Positions 38,743 to 46,874 of a DNA stretch of 64,000 nt are shown piece by piece. The notes beneath the pieces were generated by a model, which saw only the letters and a program-made list of their open reading frames with translations, ran no database searches and was not told where the DNA came from. The position numbers and the translations under genes are program-made. Every line of letters starts with the position of its first letter. The first letter of the stretch is position 1. The DNA comes from Acidobacteriota bacterium (GTDB taxonomy: Bacteria > Acidobacteriota > Vicinamibacteria > Vicinamibacterales > 2-12-FULL-66-21): positions 8,443 to 72,442 of the forward strand of contig JANMCN010000133.1 in NCBI GenBank assembly GCA_031361295.1. Reading direction: 5' to 3'.

Positions 38743-39131
38743 ACTGTCGGGCCCGGCTCGATTCGCGGTCGGGGTGACGTGGCAGGCGGCTTCTCATATG
38801 AGGCGGTGACCACCGTCGTGATTCCGCCGCGCACCGAGAAGTCGCCGATGACCGTCATCCTCCTGGGTTTGCACGCCTCGGCGAGATCGTCCAGGATGCG
38901 GTTCGTGACCGCCTCATAGAAGATCCCCTGGTTGCGGAACTCGATCATGTAGTACTTCAGCGCGCGCAGTTCCAGGCAGAGTTCGTCCGGGATGTAGGTG
39001 ATGAGGATCTCACCGAAATCCGGGAGGCCGGTCTTGGGGCAGACGGACGTGAACTCGGGGCACCGAATCTCGATTTCGTAGTCGCGTTCCGGCTTCGGGT
39101 TCGGGAAAGTCTCCAGTGTCGTGCTCGGCAT
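38739..39131 (-). CDS. queF: preQ1 synthase (7-cyano-7-deazaguanine reductase)
   Basis: [18 protein letters not shown]. Confidence 0.93.
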   Translation of the reverse strand: MPSTTLETFPNPKPERDYEIEIRCPEFTSVCPKTGLPDFGEILITYIPDELCLELRALKYYMIEFRNQGIFYEAVTNRILDDLAEACKPRRMTVIGDFSVRGGITTVVTASYEKPPATSPRPRIEPGPTV

Positions 39132-39186
39132 GTCACAAAATTGTAGCATTTACGGCCTTTTTTTCACGTCCGCGTGCGTACCGTGA

Positions 39187-39216
39187 TTGACACCGTAAAA
39201 GACCGCGGGCTAGGAT
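39187..39216 (+). promoter_or_regulatory. Sigma-70-type promoter for HU
   Basis: TTGACA-N18-TAGGAT. Confidence 0.6.
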
Positions 39217-39380
39217 GTGGCTCGATTCCACCAGCCGGCTCGAGTGTTCCCCGTTCCGCGACTGCGAACGAACGGGTGTTGCACGGAGGACGGCCGGCCC
39301 TGATTTCTCCGCTGCCGCCGCACGCGCGCACGGCCGTTATGCGGGTCTTACAGAGCGCGCCCAAGCAAGGGGAATAGCCG

Positions 39381-39680
39381 ATGGCAGAGGCCCGCAGGAT
39401 GGGCAAGTCCGAACTCTTTTCGCATTTCGCGGATCGCTTCGAAGTGAAGCGGACGCAGGCGCGGGAGTTCTTCGACGAATTGAACACGCTGGCGGAGAAG
39501 GAGCTGAAACGGTCCGGGGAGTTCGTGCTGCCCGGGATGGTGAAGCTGGTGGTCCAGAAGCGCAAGGCCCGGATGGGGCGCAATCCCGCGACGGGAGAGG
39601 CCATCAAGATTCCGGCCAAGACCGTCGTCAAGGCGCGGATCGCCAAACAGCTGAAAGACACCGTTCTGCCCAAGAAGTAG
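39381..39680 (+). CDS. hup: HU family DNA-binding protein
   Basis: RKARMGRNPATGEAIKIPAK. Confidence 0.93.
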   Translation: MAEARRMGKSELFSHFADRFEVKRTQAREFFDELNTLAEKELKRSGEFVLPGMVKLVVQKRKARMGRNPATGEAIKIPAKTVVKARIAKQLKDTVLPKK

Positions 39681-39699
39681 GGCTCGAACGATTGCTGCC

Positions 39700-39749
39700 T
39701 CGGCCCCTGGCGCCGCGTCACGCGCGCTGCCAGAGGGCCGTTGTTTTGT
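39700..39749 (+). terminator. Probable intrinsic terminator after hup
   Basis: CGGCCCCTGGC...GCCAGAGGGCCG stem followed by TTGTTTTGT. Confidence 0.5.
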
Positions 39750-39783
39750 ACGTGGATGCGGGCCGGCGACACGCGCGGGCGGG

Positions 39784-41532
39784 TCACCCCGCCACGAGCA
39801 TCGGGCGCGCCGTCGTGCGCGGGAACTCCAGCACGAACGTGGTGCCCTTGCCGACTTCACTGGCGACGGTGATGGTCCCGCCGAGCTGCTCGACGATTTT
39901 CTTCGAGATGGCGAGCCCGAGCCCGAGGCCTCGCCGCTTCGTCGTGACGAAGTCCTCGAAGACTTGTGAGAGCCGCTCCGCCGGGATGCCGCAGCCGGTG
40001 TCGTAAATGCGGACCTGCACGCGGTCGGCGCGCGCCTCGGTCGCCACGACGATCAGCCCCCCGGGCGCCGTCGCCTGGATCGCGTTCAGGATCAGGTTTC
40101 GATAGACCCTCCCGAGCGCGAAGACGTCGCCTTCGATGAAGACTATCTCCGGCGTCAGCTCCGTCCGGAGCGTCAGCCCGGCGGTCTCGGCGTGCTGTTC
40201 CATGGCCTCGGCGGCATCGGCGACGGTCCGGTTCAAGTCGACCGCGAAGCGCTCGAGCGGAATCGGGCGCGCGATGTTCCGCAGGTCATCGAGCACGCGC
40301 TTGACGATGACGAGCTCGCGCTCGACTGTTTTCCTGAAGGTCTCGCGGTATTCGATATCCTCGTACATCTTCTGGATCAGCTTGCAGCTGTTGCCGATGT
40401 TCTGGATCGGATGCGAGAGATCGTGCACGAGGCCGGCGGCAATGCGCCCGAACATCGCCTGCCGTTCCTGCTTCCGGACGTTCTCCTGCAGCTCGACGAG
40501 CCGATCGGCCATGGAGTTGAACGCGTCGCCGAGCTGGCGGATCTCGTCGTGGCCGGACGGGGCGACCCGCTCGTCCATGTGGCCGTCGGCAATCGCGCGC
40601 GTCACGCGCGTGAGCGCGAAGATCCGCTGGATGAACGATCGTCCCCAGACCCACCCGAGCACCACCGTGCCGAGGATTGCCAGGGCGATGGCGGCCAGGA
40701 GCTGGCGTTCCAGGGAGTGCGCCACAGCAAAGGCATCGGTCGTCGGCTGCTCGATGAGGATCGTCCACTGGGGGTTGTCCACTGCCGCGGCGACGGCGAG
40801 GAGCGGTTCGTTCCGACGATTGGAAAACGTGGCGGAATCGGTCGAAGAGGCATGCACCCGGACCGACTCCGCAAGCTTCCGTTCGTCGGGCGCGGCGCTG
40901 GCGCCGGTCGCGATTAGTTCCTTGTCATTCGGGTTTCCGTGCGCGATGAATTTCCCCTGCTGGTCGACGAGCAGCGCATACCCCGCGGTGCCGACCCTGA
41001 TCCTGTCAACCGTGCGCCACAGCTCCTCCAGGGAGATCTCGGCGACGATCCACCCGGCATCGTCGAGGGGCACGGCAATCGTCGTGGTCGGCAGTGCGTC
41101 TGCGTCCATGTGCGGCGTGGCCACGTAGAATGCGTCTTCCTTCGCATTCCGGCTGCGCCAGCCCTCGGGCACGGACAATGAGGTCTGGCCGACGCGGCTG
41201 GTCACCCGAACACGCCCGGAACCGTCGAACACAGAAATTTCGCGGAACTCTCTGAAATCGAGTACGTGGTTGCGAAGAATGCGCTCCTGCTGCCACAGTC
41301 CGAGTTGCGTGTTCTGGAGCTCGGCGCCAATCGAGGTCAGCACGCGGACGTTGTTATCGAAGTAGAGCTTCACCCTGCCGGCGACCTGCTCCGCCACCGC
41401 CTGGTTCCCGAGCGTGACGGACTTTTCAGTTCCCGTCCTCAACGATTCGACGGACCAGATGCCATACCCGATCAGCGGCAGAACCGCGGCCGTGGCGATG
41501 AGCAGGACGAAGCGGGAGGTGATCCCCCTCAT
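39784..41532 (-). CDS. Sensor histidine kinase (TM, Cache-like periplasmic domain, TM, HAMP, HisKA, HATPase)
   Basis: H-box VHDLSHPI, N-box NLILNAIQA, DTGCGI, FVTTK, GLGLGL; ATGA overlap with the upstream SBP gene. Confidence 0.93.
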   Translation of the reverse strand: MRGITSRFVLLIATAAVLPLIGYGIWSVESLRTGTEKSVTLGNQAVAEQVAGRVKLYFDNNVRVLTSIGAELQNTQLGLWQQERILRNHVLDFREFREISVFDGSGRVRVTSRVGQTSLSVPEGWRSRNAKEDAFYVATPHMDADALPTTTIAVPLDDAGWIVAEISLEELWRTVDRIRVGTAGYALLVDQQGKFIAHGNPNDKELIATGASAAPDERKLAESVRVHASSTDSATFSNRRNEPLLAVAAAVDNPQWTILIEQPTTDAFAVAHSLERQLLAAIALAILGTVVLGWVWGRSFIQRIFALTRVTRAIADGHMDERVAPSGHDEIRQLGDAFNSMADRLVELQENVRKQERQAMFGRIAAGLVHDLSHPIQNIGNSCKLIQKMYEDIEYRETFRKTVERELVIVKRVLDDLRNIARPIPLERFAVDLNRTVADAAEAMEQHAETAGLTLRTELTPEIVFIEGDVFALGRVYRNLILNAIQATAPGGLIVVATEARADRVQVRIYDTGCGIPAERLSQVFEDFVTTKRRGLGLGLAISKKIVEQLGGTITVASEVGKGTTFVLEFPRTTARPMLVAG

Positions 41533-43070
41533 CGGCGAGCGACCTGGGCCACAGCCCGCCAGCGCCACAGGTTGGTAAACACCTCGGGATCCGAGCGATC
41601 GCCGACGTCAAAGCGGGAATCGACCGCGCGGCTGTTCTGAATCCACGCGAGGAAGACCGCGGGCGCGTCCTCGTAGAACTGGCCGCGCAGATCCCCCACG
41701 GCCGCCCTCATCTCGGGCTCCGCTCGTGCGTGGCGCAGCTGCTCGAGCGCACGATCCACTCCTGAGTAGCCGGAATCCAGTAACTCGGGGCGTTGACCCC
41801 GCGCCGGCGAATGCCAGAACCGGTACACCCAGTCGAAGGACCGGCCGCTCGTCATCTGGTAGACGTAGGTGTCGAAGTCTCCGGCGGAGGCCCGTGCCTG
41901 CAGCTCTGTTTCGCGGGCGCCAGTCAGCGCCAGATCCACCCCGACTGCCGCGAGCTGACGCTGCAGCAGCAGCGCGATCCGCTCGAACTGTGGATCCTCA
42001 TCCCAGAACAGGCACCTGATTCGGAACCGGCTGGCCATGTCGCCCGGATTCCTCCCCGCGCGCACTGGGAGACCAGCCGCCTCGAGTCTCAGACGCGCCG
42101 CACCCGGGTTGTAGCTGTGGCGCCGCGCGGCGGCGTTGTAGGCCCAGTGCGACGGCCATACGGGATCGTCCGCGACCTGTCCTTTGCCGCCCATGGCCTG
42201 GCTCACGATTTCGTCTCGGTTGATCGCTTCGGACAGCGCACGTCGGACTTCGATCTGCCTCAGAATCGGATGACGCAGGTTGAAGACGAGCGGGATGTAG
42301 AAGGGCCGAAGAGAGGAGTAGACGGAGATCCGCGTGGCGCCTTCGAGGAATTCAACAGAGTCCCTGTTGGCCTCCTGCACCATGTCGACTTCACCGCGCA
42401 TCAAGGCCGCCCAGGCGACGCGCTGCGTTTCGAACGTTCGCACCTCCACGCGGCCGATCCCGGGGCTGCCCCGGTAGTAGCTGGGGAACCTGACCGCTTC
42501 GAGAACAGGCTTCTGTTTGAGGATCCTGAAGGGGCCGGTGCCCACATTCGGCTTGCGCTGGTCGACAATCAGCGTACCCGCGATGATTTCGATCAGGAAG
42601 GCGTCAGGCCTCGTCAGATGAAACACGACGGACTGATCGTCGGGAGACTCGACGTGGTCGACTGCTTCGAAGCCGCTCGTCCGCAGTTGCTGCCCGATGA
42701 TTGCCGCGGCTACCGCGCCCGTGAGCGGGGTGCCGTCGTGAAACATCACGCCGCGACGAAGCGTGAGGCGCAAGGTGAGGCCGTCCGCATCCCAGGCCCA
42801 CGACGTCGCGAGGCGCTCGACGGCTCTGCCCTGAGGATCGAGGGCAATCAACGGCTCCGCGAACAGCGACTCACGAAGTACCTTCGGGGTTTCACCAGTG
42901 CCGCGTGCCCCTATCCGCAGACTGTTGGCCAGTGCTGGTGCGGTCGCACCGCGCCTGCATCCGGCCGCGCTCGAGAGAATGATCAGGACGGCGAGCACGC
43001 AGATACCCAACGGCGGGCATCCTGACTGCCGAGTCACCCGCGACCGACGTGCCGCTGCCGCTCTGTGCAT
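41529..43070 (-). CDS. Family 5 (OppA/DppA-like) solute-binding lipoprotein, no adjacent permease
   Basis: Lipobox-like AAGC; LRRGVMFHDGTPLT, GTGPF, FNLRHP...VRRALSEAINR; start uncertain. Confidence 0.9.
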   Translation of the reverse strand: MHRAAAARRSRVTRQSGCPPLGICVLAVLIILSSAAGCRRGATAPALANSLRIGARGTGETPKVLRESLFAEPLIALDPQGRAVERLATSWAWDADGLTLRLTLRRGVMFHDGTPLTGAVAAAIIGQQLRTSGFEAVDHVESPDDQSVVFHLTRPDAFLIEIIAGTLIVDQRKPNVGTGPFRILKQKPVLEAVRFPSYYRGSPGIGRVEVRTFETQRVAWAALMRGEVDMVQEANRDSVEFLEGATRISVYSSLRPFYIPLVFNLRHPILRQIEVRRALSEAINRDEIVSQAMGGKGQVADDPVWPSHWAYNAAARRHSYNPGAARLRLEAAGLPVRAGRNPGDMASRFRIRCLFWDEDPQFERIALLLQRQLAAVGVDLALTGARETELQARASAGDFDTYVYQMTSGRSFDWVYRFWHSPARGQRPELLDSGYSGVDRALEQLRHARAEPEMRAAVGDLRGQFYEDAPAVFLAWIQNSRAVDSRFDVGDRSDPEVFTNLWRWRAVAQVARR

Positions 43071-43190
43071 GGAGTGGGGGGCCGCCGGGACCCCGCAAGG
43101 CGGGTAGCCTTGCCAGTCCCCTGATCTGCGACGTCCCCTATAGTATCGGCCTTCTCATGCCAAAGAGAGAGACCGATCCGAGAGACCCGG

Positions 43191-43286
43191 CTACTTGCGC
43201 GGCTCGGGCATCTGTTCGACGACCCACGCGCAGCCGCTGTGGGGCAGGGGCTTCTTGTCGGCCTTCTTCACGATCTGGATTTTCAT
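43191..43286 (-). CDS. Putative RiPP precursor peptide C (31 aa) MKIQIVKKADKKPLPHSGCAWVVEQMPEPRK
   Basis: RBS AAAGGA; 29/31 aa identical to peptide B; downstream of the rSAM/SPASM gene. Confidence 0.88.
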   Translation of the reverse strand: MKIQIVKKADKKPLPHSGCAWVVEQMPEPRK

Positions 43287-43326
43287 GGTGCTTATCCTTT
43301 GATTTCAGGGTTGTTCGAGTGAGTCG

Positions 43327-43422
43327 CTACGCCCGGGGCTCGGGCATCTGCTCGACGACCCATGCGCAACCGCTGTTGGGCAGGGGCTTCTTGTCGGCTT
43401 TCTTGACGATCTGGATTTTCAT
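43327..43422 (-). CDS. Putative RiPP precursor peptide B (31 aa) MKIQIVKKADKKPLPNSGCAWVVEQMPEPRA
   Basis: RBS AGAGGA; paralog of peptide C; true start lies inside the track ORF 43327..43539. Confidence 0.88.
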   Translation of the reverse strand: MKIQIVKKADKKPLPNSGCAWVVEQMPEPRA

Positions 43423-43468
43423 GCTGGGGTCCTCTAAAGAAAATTGACGTTGCCGCGCCGTGACGCTG

Positions 43469-43555
43469 TTACCGCAGGTGCTCGACGGCCACATCGATGA
43501 GCCAGGGCCGCAGCGGGACTTTCTTCTTGTCCGTTTCATTCCTGTCGTTTTTCAT
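43469..43555 (-). CDS. Putative divergent peptide A (28 aa) MKNDRNETDKKKVPLRPWLIDVAVEHLR
   Basis: Strong RBS AAAAGGAGAG; starts 31 bp after the rSAM stop; shares DKK..P..W-hydrophobic-hydrophobic-acid pattern with B/C. Confidence 0.7.
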   Translation of the reverse strand: MKNDRNETDKKKVPLRPWLIDVAVEHLR

Positions 43556-43586
43556 GACCGCTCTCCTTTTGCCTTTCACCAAAGCG

Positions 43587-45020
43587 CTAGTTGACCGAGC
43601 CGACGCCGATCCCCGCGGCATCGCGCGCGAGTGAGACGACGCCGGCCTCGAAGCTGCTCTTGTGGCAGTTCGGCCGGCTCATGTTCCCGAGCTCCGTGTG
43701 GGCCGCGACGGAGCAGCCGCCCGCGCAGACCGGGATGAAGGCGCAGTCGTCGCACTCCTTCCACGCAGCCAGCTGGTCGAATCGGGACGCGGCGCGCTGG
43801 CGCCACTCGTCCTGCCGACCGTCGATGTGCCCCGTGGACTGCGAGGCGTCCCCCGTGAAGCCCGGGCAGGCGTACATCGCGCCGTCCGGACCGATGGTGT
43901 GGGCGTGCGCCCGGTGAATCTCGCAGGGCCCCATGTGCACGCCGTCCATCGTCGCGAATCCACGCTTCTTCGTCTCTTCGCGCAGGTATGACATCTTCTC
44001 GTCGAGGAAGTTGCAGGTATCGCAGACGCTCGAGCCGCTCGTGCCGCTTCCCGCGGACGTCATGCACGTGCCGTTCAGCGGCTTGGTCCCCGCCCCGACC
44101 AGCGTCAGCGGAATCAGCCCCTTCCGCTGCTCCGGCTTGGGCTCGCGGATCACCGGCTTGAAGGCGACGCGCGCGATCTTGTCCGAAAACTCCTGTTCCT
44201 TGAGGAAGTCGAGCAGCGCCGGGTAGCTGTCGACCGAGCTCTCGTCGAAATTGCCCCCAATCGAGATGCGGCACTTGCCCGCCACGGCCCGCACGTTCTG
44301 GATGATCTTGTCGAACGTGCCCTGGCCTCCGCGGAGCGGGCGCATGCGGTTGTGCGTGTCGTGATCGCCGTCGAGCGTGATTTTCACCGCGTTCAGGCCG
44401 CACGGCGCGAGCCGATCGACCACCTCCGGCGTGAGCAGCAAGCCGTTCGTGATGACGTTGAGCTGCATCCGGACCCCCCTCGCCTGCGAGGCCGCCCACA
44501 GCCGCTCCGAGAGGTAGTACGCGACCGGCAGGTTCAGGAGCGGCTCGCCGCCGAACAGCGTGAGCACGAAGCTCCCTGGCTTGAGCGTGTCGAGCTGTCC
44601 CTCGGTGAACGCCGCCACGCGGTCCGCGGTCTCCATCGTCATCTTCGCGGCGAACTTGTTGTAGTCGCCGTGGTCACCCTGGAAGCAGTAGTCGCACGCG
44701 AAATTGCACTGCAGGGTCGTGAGGACCGTGACGCGGAGCTGGTCGGCGCTCTGCCGCAGGTCGCGGAACCATTGCTCGATGTGCAGGCGCTCGGCCTCGC
44801 GGTTGTCGACGATGAACCCGTGGTCTGACAGGGTGGAGAGCGCCGTCCGTTCGGCCGGGTTGAGCGCCCCGGTGTCAGCCGTCCCTACGCGGTCGAGCAG
44901 CGCCGCGACGTCACGCGACACGATCAGCTGGGCATCCGTGAACGTGTTCATCAGGAACACGTCGTCGTGCCGGCCAGCCGTGTCGAGCGGGACGCGGACG
45001 TTGAACATCGAGGGCTGCAT
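43587..45020 (-). CDS. Radical SAM/SPASM peptide maturase with N-terminal RRE-like domain
   Basis: CNFACDYC; FGGEPLL; SPASM cysteines GPC...YAC...CDDC-x5-C-x3-C...C; N-terminal VFLMNTFT...LSDHGFIV; RBS GGGAGAG before ATG 45020. Confidence 0.93.
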   Translation of the reverse strand: MQPSMFNVRVPLDTAGRHDDVFLMNTFTDAQLIVSRDVAALLDRVGTADTGALNPAERTALSTLSDHGFIVDNREAERLHIEQWFRDLRQSADQLRVTVLTTLQCNFACDYCFQGDHGDYNKFAAKMTMETADRVAAFTEGQLDTLKPGSFVLTLFGGEPLLNLPVAYYLSERLWAASQARGVRMQLNVITNGLLLTPEVVDRLAPCGLNAVKITLDGDHDTHNRMRPLRGGQGTFDKIIQNVRAVAGKCRISIGGNFDESSVDSYPALLDFLKEQEFSDKIARVAFKPVIREPKPEQRKGLIPLTLVGAGTKPLNGTCMTSAGSGTSGSSVCDTCNFLDEKMSYLREETKKRGFATMDGVHMGPCEIHRAHAHTIGPDGAMYACPGFTGDASQSTGHIDGRQDEWRQRAASRFDQLAAWKECDDCAFIPVCAGGCSVAAHTELGNMSRPNCHKSSFEAGVVSLARDAAGIGVGSVN

Positions 45021-45112
45021 TCGCTCTCCCTGGTCCCGAACAGAAAATCTGGAACCGATGTGGGAGTGGCGCCTCCGGCGCGCTCGAGCCGCCACTCCAG
45101 AAGTGGTAAAAG

Positions 45113-45129
45113 TGCAACGCATATTCCGG
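45113..45129 (-). promoter_or_regulatory. Sigma-54 (-24/-12) promoter for the rSAM-peptide operon
   Basis: Minus strand CCGGAATATGCGTTGCA: GG-N10-GC with TTGCA; adjacent to a sigma-54 activator gene. Confidence 0.68.
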
Positions 45130-45272
45130 CAGACCGCTGGTGTCCAAAGAGTCGCTTCGCCAGGAGAGTCATGGCCACGACACCCATAAATACAGATGTG
45201 TTCACCTGACTCTATATGACGTCGGATGGTGCGCGGATACGGCGCACGATGCCGGGTAGAACTGACTCGATC

Positions 45273-45288
45273 GGCCAATCCATTGGCC
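45273..45288. promoter_or_regulatory. Palindrome, candidate upstream activator site
   Basis: GGCCAAT-CC-ATTGGCC about 145-160 bp upstream of the -24 element. Confidence 0.45.
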
Positions 45289-45409
45289 TGTGGGGACAAA
45301 CGGTTGCCCGACGTTTTCGTTTGGGACGCGCGGCGGGTCTACGGACGGAGGGAGCCAGGATGGACGGTCGCGTCGGGATGGGGAGTGATGAGCAGTCGGG
45401 CCGGGAGAC

Positions 45410-46795
45410 TCAGGCTCCGCGCAGCTTCCGGGCGATGTCCCGCAGATCGAGGCGGGCCATCTTGAATTTGAGGGTGCTGAGGGGGATCCCGAGATACCGC
45501 GCGGTGGCGGTGACGTTCCAGTCGGACTTCTCGAGCGCCCGCAGGATGAAATTGCGTTCGAAGGTATCGCAGGCCTCCTGGAACAGGGCTTCGCCGGTGG
45601 TCGACCCGGAGTCGAGCTTGGCGAAGTGGTACTCGAGCGGCAGATCCTCGTCGGTGATCCACTCCTTGTCGGTGACCGCGACGAGTCGCTCGATGAGATT
45701 TTCGAGCTCGCGGATGTTGCCGGGCCACCAGTATGAGGCGAGAATCTTGAGAGCGGTGCCGGAGATGCCCCGCACCGGCTTGCGGAATTTCGTCTTGTAC
45801 CGATCGAGGAAGAGGCGCGCCAGCTCGGGAAGATCCTCGATGCGCTCGCGCAGCGGCGGCATCCGGATCGGGATGACGTTGATGCGATAGAACAGGTCCT
45901 CCCGGAACCGCCCCTCCTTCACGGCCTTCTCCAGGTCCACGTTCGTCGCGACGACGAGCCGGAAACTCGTCCGGATCGGCTTCGTCCCTCCGACCCGTTC
46001 GATCTCCCCTTCCTGGATCGCGCGCAGCAGCTTGGCCTGGAGGTCGAAACGGAGGTCGCCGATTTCGTCGAGGAAGAGCGTGCCTCCCGAGGCGAGCTCG
46101 AATTTGCCGAGCTGCTGTTTGTGCGCGCCCGTGAACGAACCCCGTTCGTGCCCGAAGAGCGTGCTCTCCACCAGTTCGTGCGGAATGGCGGACAGGTTGA
46201 CGGCGATGAACGGGGTCGATCCCCGGCCCGAGGTCCGGTGGAGGAGGCGCGCGAGCAGTTCCTTGCCGGTCCCGCTCTCGCCCAGGATGAGGACCGTGGC
46301 GGAGAGCTTGGCCACCTTCTGGACGAGCTCGACGATGTCGCGGATCTGCCGGCTCGGGCCGATCAGGAACTCCCGCTCGCTCTGCTCCGCCACCTGCGCG
46401 CTGAGCGTGATGACCTGGCGGTTCAGGTCCTGGCGTTCGCAGGCGTTCCGGACCATCGAGCGCAGCTCGTCGTACTCGAAATTCTTGGTGATGTAGTGGT
46501 AGGCGCCGTGCTTCATCGCCTGGACCGCGGTCTCGACCTCGTTGATCGCCGAGATCATGATGCACTCGATGAGGCTGTAGTTCTCCTTGACGATCCGCAG
46601 CACGTCGAAGCCGCTGATCCCGGGCAGCCGGACGTCCAGCAGGATGAGATCCACGTCCTCCTGCTTCAGCAGCATCAGGGCGGCTTCGCCGCTCGCCACC
46701 ATGAGGACGCGGTAGTCCCGCTTGAGGATGGCGCCGATGGTGTCGCGCATCCCCTGATCGTCGTCGCAAATCAGGATGGTCTTGGAGCTCGCCAT
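45410..46795 (-). CDS. Sigma-54-dependent response regulator (NtrC/AtoC family)
   Basis: Receiver (CDDD, LLDVRLP), GESGTGKE, GSFTGA, FLDEIG, WPGNIREL, Fis-type HTH. Confidence 0.95.
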   Translation of the reverse strand: MASSKTILICDDDQGMRDTIGAILKRDYRVLMVASGEAALMLLKQEDVDLILLDVRLPGISGFDVLRIVKENYSLIECIMISAINEVETAVQAMKHGAYHYITKNFEYDELRSMVRNACERQDLNRQVITLSAQVAEQSEREFLIGPSRQIRDIVELVQKVAKLSATVLILGESGTGKELLARLLHRTSGRGSTPFIAVNLSAIPHELVESTLFGHERGSFTGAHKQQLGKFELASGGTLFLDEIGDLRFDLQAKLLRAIQEGEIERVGGTKPIRTSFRLVVATNVDLEKAVKEGRFREDLFYRINVIPIRMPPLRERIEDLPELARLFLDRYKTKFRKPVRGISGTALKILASYWWPGNIRELENLIERLVAVTDKEWITDEDLPLEYHFAKLDSGSTTGEALFQEACDTFERNFILRALEKSDWNVTATARYLGIPLSTLKFKMARLDLRDIARKLRGA

Positions 46796-46874
46796 GGACC
46801 GGCCCGATTGTAGCGCGGTTTGGGAAACGGGCGCCTCGCGCTTGTCCCTTTTCCCGATTGTTTAGTAAGGTAAG

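Noticed and set aside
39217-39240. GTGGCTCGATTCCAC resembling a tRNA/tmRNA T-arm
   Set aside because: No D-arm, anticodon arm or acceptor stem; it lies at the start of the hup 5' UTR.
43191-43422. Direct repeat considered as a CRISPR array or non-coding repeat
   Set aside because: Only two copies of about 96 bp, differences concentrated at third codon positions, each with RBS/ATG/stop; these are coding paralogs and no cas genes are present.
43327-43539. 70-aa ORF from the track as a single precursor
   Set aside because: Its 5' part overlaps peptide A in another frame and lacks an RBS; homology to peptide C begins at the internal ATG 43422.
45021-45299. 93-aa N-terminal extension of the rSAM ORF
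   Set aside because: It spans the sigma-54 promoter and palindrome, has no protein-like features, and an RBS precedes ATG 45020.
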